A DNA stretch of 61,864 nt, counting the filler, from Platydemus manokwari (lineage: Eukaryota): NCBI GenBank assembly GCA_037951405.1. It is 6 parts of 6 records of this genome, joined end to end, with 100 filler letters (N's around TTAATTAATTAA, not from the genome) between each part and the next. Parts side by side here need not be neighbours in the genome. Positions count along the whole stretch, not along the records: positions 51,915 to 61,864 come from JBBMOY011186100.1; 5 more parts are not named here. One strand, written 5' to 3'. The notes under the pieces are model-generated. The model made no database searches. It saw only the letters and a program-made list of their open reading frames with translations, and was not told where the DNA came from. The position numbers and the translations under genes were made by a program. Below are positions 51,990 to 61,864 of this stretch, piece by piece (positions within the stretch are counted from its first letter, which is position 1; each line of letters opens with the position of its first letter).

Positions 51990-54900
51990 TAATGACAAAA
52001 TAAGTCATTTTTAAATGATGTTTTAGATAATTAGTTAATGAGTAAATTAAATTGTTCATAAAAATTATCATAGTAAATTCGGTTTAAATTTTTAAATTAG
52101 TAATTAAATTAACTTTACTTTATTTATTATAAATTTCATATAACCAAAATTCTATTCACACCACACAAACTTTAGTTTGAACTCGGTTCAACTGAAATAT
52201 AAATAACCCAAAACTCAATAAAAAACTGAACACCATTATTCAAGTAGTTACAGTACCATTAGTCATAGCCACCAATAAACTAACTAGGGCTCTTACAGGC
52301 ACAGTCATAAGAGAACATCCGTAAAATTTGTCAGTTCTACCAAATTAGAACCAGAAATCATAGTCATTATAACTAATCGAGTACAAATTGTTCTGACCTG
52401 ATTATTTGCTGAATTGATTTGTTAAATTTATTTCTGTATCATTTTATCGTTCTTTTGTATTGAAGCCAGATTTCATTTCTTATCATTTTTTCAGCAAATC
52501 AGCGTGCATTTAGAATTTGTTATATCATTTATATTTTATTATTGAATTATTTATTATATCAATTTATACTTTGACTTTATATATTATCTGATTCATAATC
52601 ATACACGCACCTTTGGAATCAGGCGTTTAATTTAAATTACTTCTGGATATAGCCAACTATTTAATTAATTCCTTAAAATTAAAAACAAATCTTTTATCCA
52701 TGGATTTTGATTCTACAATGATTATTTTGGATGATATAAATAATCTTGAAAGAAAAGTATTCGCCAATCATTTGTTGCTTTAAAATCATGATTTCCAAAG
52801 TTCTATTCTCATTTTAAAGGTTTTGCTGTAATATATTGACTATATACATGATCAACTTCATAACCATTTTCCTTTCAGCTTTATAATCAGATTTAATTCA
52901 AAAATTGAATCTCGAAGATTATTTTTAAAAAACTAATGCGATTGTATTTTGATGAAAGAAGACGAAGGAAAAAGAAGATACATAAGAAGGAAATAAATTA
53001 TTATTAATTATTAAAATCAAGCCACGAAAGCAAGCGAATCTTTAATTGCCTAATAGTAGCCGACTAATCGCATTGTACCTCAATTATTAACTTTTGTCTC
53101 AGGACAAGGTTTATAAATACTATCATAAATGATTGGAAGAATTACAAGGGATGCAAAATAACTTTTGTAAATTCATCAAAGGCATTGTCTTCTACTATAT
53201 CCAATGTAGTCTGTGTATTGAAGGGAACATATATTTATACTGAAAAGCAAGTCCTCGCGGTTGAAAAATTGGATTTTATTGCTGTTTTTTTATTAAAATA
53301 CAATCTCTAAGTCAGTCACTTTGTTTTCATTTTGATTTTTATTGCTTTTTGAGATCAGATTCAAGTAATAGTTTGATACATCAGTATTAACTATTGTTAG
53401 AAAGTGGATCTAGATCTGTGAATAACTCAAACCACGTAACCACATTTGAATAATAAAAATATTGCTGATACATAAAACGAAGGTTGCAAGCTTTATTTCT
53501 AACTATCACAAGGTATAACAAATTTACAACTAAAACTTCACTTCCGATTACACGTATACTACTCAGTATGGTCAACCTACTTTTAGTATTTGTCAATCCC
53601 TATGTGTTTTTTGTTGTTTGGCAATGTCCCTTTTTCCAATTATCGTTTTGCATCTAACTCTGATGTGATTGGTTGATTGCAATACCTGTGTAGTTGTGTA
53701 GGCATATAAATGTATAAACAAGGGTTCCAAGATACAAATGTCCTTTTCTTTTGCAAGATTTCATCTACCCCAACAATCTCTAATCTAACCAAATAAAACC
53801 GAACAAAACTCCAATAATAATTAAAATAGACATTTTTATGTTTAAGAGAAACTCGAAAAACAATTCATTCGAAGATCCACCATTATATATCATACTTCCT
53901 ATATTTTTATAATTAAAATTTAACTCATTCTACACTATATCTCTTTGTCATAAATTTATTAATTCTTATTGAAAAATCATATGAATTTAGCACTTGAAAT
54001 AAGTATAATTTGTCACTAGTATGTTTGAGAAATTTTTAATGAGTCGAAATGGATTAAAGATCAGAATTATGCTAATTAAAATAAAATTCCATTTAAATAT
54101 TTTATATTTAGCAATCCAATGCAACCTTGATTTATAAATTTTATAAAGCTGTTTGAATGATTCTCTCCACATACTGCGCATTCTTCACGATTAAGTTTGA
54201 AAACTTTCGTATTTATCAAAAAATCATTGAAATCGAATTTTATTTTAATTAGCATGATACTGATCTTTAACCCAATTTTAATTCATTAAAAAATTCTCAT
54301 AACTAATCTTGGAAATTTTTTACAAAATCAAATCAAAGGTGAAAATCGTTAATAAAATCAAATCCAGAACAACTTCAACTTGGTAACTTTAATAATTATA
54401 TTTGATAATTATTTTATCTGATAACCTTTTTATTTCATAAACATATTATTATCCGAGCTATTATATATTTAAGATTCCATTTTATTCGAATATTTCGCTA
54501 ATCAAATTTTATTATTAAAAGAAATATACATTTAATGAATCCTTATAATTTTCATTTAGCTTCACTAGCACTCACTCATACTTCTTGGTTCATAAATGAG
54601 TATTAGTAAGTAATATAAGAAATGAAGTGACGGTTGTAGTTAAAGCTAATATGATCCTAGTTATTAACTTTTATGTTCCTGATTATAATAACTTATATTT
54701 TTGTTTAAATTTACCAATAAATACTTCATATATTTTTAGCACAGATTTAAAGTTATTCTTTAAATATTGTTTAATAATAAAATTAATTTCAAAATTGAAA
54801 ATTAAAGGAATTTTGAAAGCGATTATCATCTAATTTTTCGTATTGTTTCGATAGTGAAGCAAGTGGTCAAGTAAACATGTACACTGTTAAAGCTATCTAG

Positions 54901-56392
54901 CTCTGAATAAAGGAATAATCTAATGAATTATAACACATAAGTCAAATTTGTTATATTATATCTGAATCCCATAATGCTAATACCAATTTGTTATTAAATA
55001 ATTTTATCTGTGATTTAGTTAAATCAAACATGATTTTTAACATTACAAATTCAATCCGAAGTTAATCATAATGAAATAATAGTTAATTAAATTATCGATC
55101 ATAATAAAAACAATAAATGCGATCAAAAATATGTATTATAGCACAAAAATTTCATAGAATTGTATGAAACGGATTCAATATGTTGAACCTATTGTGAATA
55201 TTCTATTATCTGATATTCATACAATAATATCCCTTAAATCATTCTACACTAGCTGATGGTAACAGGTCAATTGAAATAAGCAACCATTTTGTATTGTGTT
55301 TCATTTATCACTTACAAAAAAGAAAATAAAAGTCATCCTCTTAAACTAGAAAAAGAAAAATTAAATGTGATCAGAAGTTATATTTTGGGGAGAAAATCGA
55401 AGCTAAAGTTTCCCTATTTGGATGAGAAAAATCAGAACGTGATTGTTAATAAACTGGAGCTCTTCGTCATTTAAAAATCATGGGCTTAATTTCATCAATG
55501 AAAAGGCAGTCTAAAAATTTAAATTCAATAAAAAATTTCAAAATGCATTTAAAAATAATAAAATATATATCATTGATAGTCAATAGTTATTTTCCCTCTA
55601 TAAACTATTTATTTTATTGGAAAGTAATGGTTAAAAATTTATTTCATTAATTCTGATTTTGTAGTAGGCCTTAACATTCGTAAATTAAGAAAAAGGGGCC
55701 ATTGACCTAATTTCAATGTAATGATTTTTCGCGCATTATTTAATTTCAAAATTTATTTACAATTATATTTATTTTTAGATGAAAAAGAATAAAAACAGCT
55801 GAATTAGATGAGATAAATAATTCAATATTTTGAGTACAAATGTCTCAGTTATCCAAATTTACAAAACACTTAAAATGATTCATGGTGCTAAGTTTAGAAG
55901 GCAAATATAAGATCTCCAATAAAATCTCAAAGTGATTGATCCGAATTCATCTATCATAAATTAAATATAAAGTAATACTTTAATTTTTATATTTATCTTG
56001 TAGGAATGTCACAACTCAACCAATAGAAAGGAGAAGAAATCATCAAGTTTACTTTTATTTTTAATTTTTTTATCATTTGGTGGAGCCTGATTTAATTATA
56101 TACTTTTGTTGATATCCAACATTATCATAATGAAAAATAAAAACCAAATAGAATTACTAACTAAAGTTCCTTTTTAATCCCAGTACTTCTATATGTTTTT
56201 TTAAGTTTTTAAATTGATATTATTAAATAATAAATTTATTTAATTACGTATTACTTAGATATTTAATAATCTAATATTATTTATTTTTAAAATACTATCA
56301 AAAATTTAGAATATCTCTAACATTAAATAAATAGATCCTCGCTAATTTTTAATAAATTTCAATTTTACCTATTCTAACCCGTTTTTCAAATA

Positions 56393-58139
56393 CAGTTAAC
56401 TCTCAAACTTCAATAATCCGAAAAATTCATAGTCCGAAAAAAAATTAATTATTTCGTCAATTCATTAATAGGAAAACTCTTTTTTGAATTAAATTTCTAA
56501 TAATTTTTAAAAGTTTTGGATAAATGTTGTTTAAATATTAAGCTTGTTTACAATTTTAATTTATTTAAATCAAATATCCATGTGGATAGAAAAAGAACAG
56601 AAATTACAATTCATCAAAAGGCAAAAATTTGTACCATAAAGGAGTCAAAGAAAATGTCACTGAGTGAATTGTCTCAAATTATCAGAAGAGAATTTAACCC
56701 GGACCAAGCAATTTCTACTGCGATTATCAGAAATTTTGAAAAATAAAGAGAAATGAGAAAAATGTGCAAGTTCAAACACTTACTCCAGACAATCTTTGAA
56801 AATTCATTCTCTACTTGAGAATTCATTGACCGGATGAATATCTCGAATGGATGCGATAAATTGTTACGTGACTGATGAAATTATAATTACAAAAGCAAAG
56901 GAATTTTGACAAAAACTAAATGTTGATGAACTGCAACTCAGCAAAGGATGGCTCTATAGACTCAAAAATCGAATTAATCTGAAATTGAAAGTTCTCCACG
57001 GAGAAGCAAGTTCGATGAATGATGTTGATGTTTCAGACCATAGAAAAAACATGGTCGAAAAATTGGCAGACATTGACTCAGAAGTTATACTCAATATGGA
57101 TGAAACTAGACTTTATTTTCAAGAATTTCCTACAAGAACGATTTCATCGAGTGAAAGAAAAGGCATAAAACAATCTAAAGTTAGAAAAACTATTACTTTA
57201 TGTTCAAACGCTAATGAACAATTAAAATTACACACTTTGTTATTGGACATAGCAAGAAACCAAGATGTTTTCAAGGATTTAATGTTACAAGATACTATAA
57301 TTACCACGCAAATTCGAAAGCATGGATAACCACAGATTTGTTAAATTGTTTTACTGCTGCATCTTGATGATAAACTCAGAAAATACAAAAGGAAGTTTTA
57401 TATACTTCTTGATAACACTCCAAGTAATAGCTTGAAGAAATGTTTTCCGAGCATTGAAGTTATAATGCTTCCGTAAAACTCAATTGCTCATCTTCAACCC
57501 ATGAACTCGCTTGATGAAACAAAAGTCTTTGTTGTCAATCTTAATTGATACTCCATGAAGCTTGGAAAGATGTGAAAGAAGAAGCCATCAAAAATTGTTT
57601 CAAAAAAGTTGGTATTATTCCAGGTCTTCACGGATCTTATGCTGAAGAAAAGTTGTCATGAGACCCCGTCATTGAGACGCAGAAGAATGAGTTTGACCAA
57701 ATAATGTTTAAAGAGGATATGATCTAAACAGAAGAAGTCATTGATGATGATGAAATCATTGCACTGTGTCAAGAAGATACTGTTAGAGATGTTGTACTTA
57801 GTGATGAAGATGACAGTTAAAACTTAAGTTCAATAAATTTATTCGATGCAACTGAAACTGTCATCAAAGCTAGTTCTTCTTTAAACAACTCTACTAAAAA
57901 AATAACCAATGATACAATAAAAAATTTAAAAGAAGTCAAAGTTGATTTTCAGAAAATCATTCAAAAAATAACCCTACAAAAACTTTAGATGATTTTTTAA
58001 ATAAATAATTTTCTTTTTCTTAATAATTTCATCATTAATATGGCGATCATATAGATTTTAAATTCATTCATTATCCGAATTAATTCACAATCTGAAAGGA
58101 AATCGATTTCTAATTTTTCGGATTAATAAAGGTTGTCTG
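56393..58139 (+). mobile_element. Full-length degenerate pogo/Tigger (CENP-B-like DDE) DNA transposon with TA target duplication
   Basis: KRTEITIHQKAKIC (psq HTH), SKGWLYRLKNR..LHGEASS, ILNMDETRLYF, TITLCSNA, LLDN and AHLQPM. TIRs CAG..AAC..TAATCCGAAAAATT at both ends, flanked by TA. Confidence 0.9.
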
Positions 58140-58597
58140 TAATCAAATTTTATTAGATTTTGAAGCTCTACCATGTTTAATATTTTATTCCAAAACACAA
58201 GTTCTTTTCAAGTACTTAAATAAAAAATTCAAAATGTTTTTAAAGAATTTGACTAAATAAACTATATAGATTTTTGAAATACATTCAGCAAATTTAAAAT
58301 TTTATTTTAGGATAAATTTAATTAACACTGACAATTTACAAGGTTATTTAGCGTTCAAACAATAATAAATTCATTTATATATTTTTAATAAAAATAAGAA
58401 TAAAATGTAAATATAAGCCGTGACACAAATTAAATTGTCTATGAATTATTAATGAATTCATTCAAAAAATTTTCAGATTTATTGATAAAATTAGTAAAGG
58501 AAACATTATGAAATAAATCATTTTGTAATATTCAGCTGTTATTCAAAATTCTACTTAATTTATAATAAATTCAATTGAAATTACTTTTTAATAATAC

Positions 58598-59649
58598 TCA
58601 TGTTTTTTCATCTCCAGGAGAAATTGTTTTGCTTAAATGAATATTATCACAAGTATCATGATTTAGGTGGTTATTTTCCACCGATGGTGACTGTGCAGTA
58701 TTAATTACACCAGTGAAATTAATATTCGACGAGGCTACAAATTGATTCAAATCTGACATTGATCGAGAATACATATAATTTGAGTTCGTAGACTGATTTG
58801 TTGTCCAGCTAGTTGCTAAATCATAAAAATGAAAAATATTTCTTTTTGTTATTCGAGCATACCGGGAATATTTGAATATTGATATCCACTGGTCTGGAAA
58901 GAACCGTCAAACAGTACACCACCAACACAAGGCATATTGTTTGGTGTAAAAGAATTATGAGGTATATGGTTTTGATATGCTGGAATAGTGGTAGCTGATT
59001 TTGACGTATTTTGATAATAATCATTTGAAGTCGAACAATTTATTGGTAACGATTCATTTTGTTGTTTTCTTCTTATCTCTTCCATTTCATCTTTACTCAA
59101 AGCTTTTTTAACGTCAACTCGACTTGAACCAATCTGATGAGGTTTATAAAGTATGGCTTTATCAACGGGATCATAATCATCAAATGTCACAAATCCAAAT
59201 CCCCTTGATTCACCAGAATCTTTCCATGTTACGATTTCACAATCTGTTATAGTTCCGTAATTATTAAAATAATGTTTTAATTGTTCTGTAGTGACATCTT
59301 TTTTCAAGCCACCTACAAATAATTTATTAACTGTCATATGTGATTCTGGAGTATTTGAATCTTCTCGTGGCATTGCTCGTTTGGCTTCAACAATCTTACC
59401 GTCAACTTCATGAGGTCGATTATTTTGAGCTTCATCAACCATTTCTGGATCTCGGTATGTTACAAATCCGAATCCTCTAGACCGTCCAGTTTTATTATCT
59501 TTCATAACTACAAAATCTACTAATTCACCCCACTGTTCATAATATTTCCGTAATCGAATTTCATCGGTTTGTGGTGTTAAGCCACCAATAAAAAGCTTTC
59601 GAAATTGTTCAGTTCTTCGATCATTATTTTCAGTATTTCTTCGCCCCAT
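58598..59649 (-). CDS. HNRNPA1: hnRNP A/B family RNA-binding protein (two RRMs), 2 exons, ~334 aa
   Basis: RKLFIGGL/RSRGFGFVTY and KLFVGGL/ESRGFGFVTF, plus RPHEVDGKIVEAKRAMPRE and DDYDPVDK. A 47-nt GT-AG intron at 58816-58862 extends the frame to TGA at 58598. The symbol is family-level; orthology is untested. Confidence 0.92.
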
Positions 59650-61864
59650 TTTAATAAGTATTTCAAGGCAGATTACGAACGAACGATGTTGCTCAAAATA
59701 ACATGAAGTCTAATTTTGAATTTGAATTGTCTTGATTTTTATATTGATTAAAAAATATTTTCAATTCGATTTAAATATTAATATTCGTGATCAGGTTTGT
59801 ATTATTATTCTCGTAATCATTATTTTATTTTCTAAAATTTACTAATTACAGTATTAATTGTTATCATTGTCACTTATTGTTATAGAATTAATATTTTAAC
59901 TGTTAGTTGCCAACATATCTTCATCATCAAAATTTAAATCAGAAGTCAATGTTTTCTTAGAATAATAATGTATTTTTATTACATCAATTTTCAATCAAAT
60001 TTTAAATTTTAAAACCAAAATTTATTCCATCTGATTTTTTCACATTTTTTTAATCAAAATATAAAATTCCTATATTTTATTTTATATTTTTTCTTAAACA
60101 AACATTTCAATTTTATTTTAATAATTTTTATACTGAGAGTTTAACAGCATTGTTTAGAAAGATCCTCGATATTTATCAATATGAATAAGGTCTATTTATT
60201 TTCAACACAATTTTTTTTAAATAGTTTTGATATTATATAACTTAATAATTTATCGGATTTTTAAAAGATCATATTGTTTCTTTCATAATAAAACTCACAT
60301 TTACCATAAGAATTTTATATTTGTCATTTTCTAAAAACTAACTGGCTTTGAACTTAAAATTTTTTAGAAGTACTTAACATTTTTTTTCATAATTTATCAA
60401 GTTATCAATGATTTCTAATTCTTAATAGTATTATTAGCATTGTTCAATTAGGTGATGCCAAAGTGACAGGTGTTGAAAAGTATGGTCGATTTTATTTGGC
60501 TCATGATTATCTTCGTTATAATAAATTTATTATTATAAACAAAATAATGATTCTATACCTCGTTAAACCTATACTGGTGTAGGAGATCAAGATGCATTAT
60601 TTAATAAGCCAGATACCCATGAATCAGATAAAATGAGGACAATTTTGACAGCTCGGATATGGAAAAGAAGCGTAGAATGATTTTCAGCAGGAAGCTCTAT
60701 AATGATCGTACCCAAGAAATATAAATAAGCTATTGTTTAGCATTTGTTTAGAGATTATAAATCTAAAAGTCATCGAGGTGGAAGACTAAATAAGAATAAA
60801 AAGAAAAAATTTGCTCATATTGAGATTTTTTCTGATCTTTTGTAAATGTACTTGTTTTTTTAAAATTAAAAGTGACTTTGATTCCATTTTAAATTTTAGT
60901 TAATGAATATTTTGTTTTTCTGCATTGTATTAAAATGGCTTTTAAACAAACATATTGGTTGGTCTCATTTTCAAAATGCACATATTGATTGGTAAGAGTA
61001 ATTTGATTCTTGCCGTTTAATCAAATGTCAATTATTTGTACTGGTGTGTAAGAACTTGTATGTTAGTGTTGGGGCAAATAATAGATTGGTTATTTGACTA
61101 CTGTGTTATTAAATTTTCAAACTAAATATAAAATTTCGTGTCTGCGAATGTGGCAATTTATAGACGTGTTGAAAAAGAATTTATATACAGTTTACTCATT
61201 AACCTTAGAAAAGAAATTTTATCTAAACAAATTATTATTCTGGAATCTCTTTATTTTGTTTCAATATCATTGGAGTAACTTTTTATAGTGGATTGTGATT
61301 TGGAGAACTTGTTTGAGTTTTGAAAAATTGCAAGGGATTGCTGAAACACACATGATCTTATTTCGAGCCGGAAAGCGTTAGGTGAGCAGTCCCACAAAAT
61401 ACTGTATAAGGAATTTCACTCTCACAAAAATTACTATACGATATTAAAAGGACTCTGTAAAAGTTGCAAACTTTAGACGATAAAAATAAATAAACAAGGT
61501 GTGATTTAAGCTTTTGGTAAAAGGAATAAACATAAAATATATATCATAAAATATATATTATTTTAAAATCATATATCAACGCAAAGGAGACTCGTTATCT
61601 GAGCCTTCCTTTGTTTAATACATTGTCTTAATCTGCGCGTTGTAAAAAATCTGAAATTTAGTTTGAAAATTTTAAAGGGATTTTATCACATTTGTATCAG
61701 AATTTAAAAACCTTAATATTTGTAAATTGTTAATTGTTATAAAAGAAATACATTTTATTGTTGTGATTGTTGTATTTATTTAGTGTATTATTCGATTATA
61801 ATCATAAGAGTACGCACCTAACGGTTGACATTGCGCTTCAACCGGTAGTATCGAACTCATATAT

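Noticed and set aside
60450-60800. Exon-like, higher-GC sequence divergent from the hnRNP gene
   Set aside because: No sustained frame or recognisable motif.

Overview
AT-rich, repeat-dense eukaryotic scaffold with many introns of about 46-55 nt; the composition and gene content suggest a planarian-type flatworm (inference). It has N-gaps, most containing an artificial TTAATTAATTAA spacer. Host genes: the 3' seven exons of FIBP (-), a multi-exon YWTD-propeller/FN3 ectodomain gene resembling Sevenless/ROS1 (-, truncated by a gap), a ~470-aa coiled-coil ORF (+), a PI-PLC X-domain (PLCXD) gene fragment (-) and an hnRNP A/B two-RRM gene (-). The remainder is decayed mobile DNA: a Polinton/Maverick (adintovirus-like) remnant with a PLA2-integrase ORF, tryptophan repeats and two oppositely oriented packaging-ATPase pieces; four restriction-like-endonuclease (RLE) non-LTR retrotransposon remnants; several Ty3/Gypsy fragments; a full-length degenerate pogo/Tigger element; Tc1/mariner pieces; and MITE-like repeats. 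The most unusual items are the Polinton cassette, an RLE element with a ~1.5-kb coding extension and structured 3' RNA, covarying 3'-UTR hairpins shared by two RLE copies, and an orphan promoter-driven ORF with PAM2-like and NLS motifs downstream of a Gypsy integrase. All family assignments come from motif recognition by eye; no searches were run.
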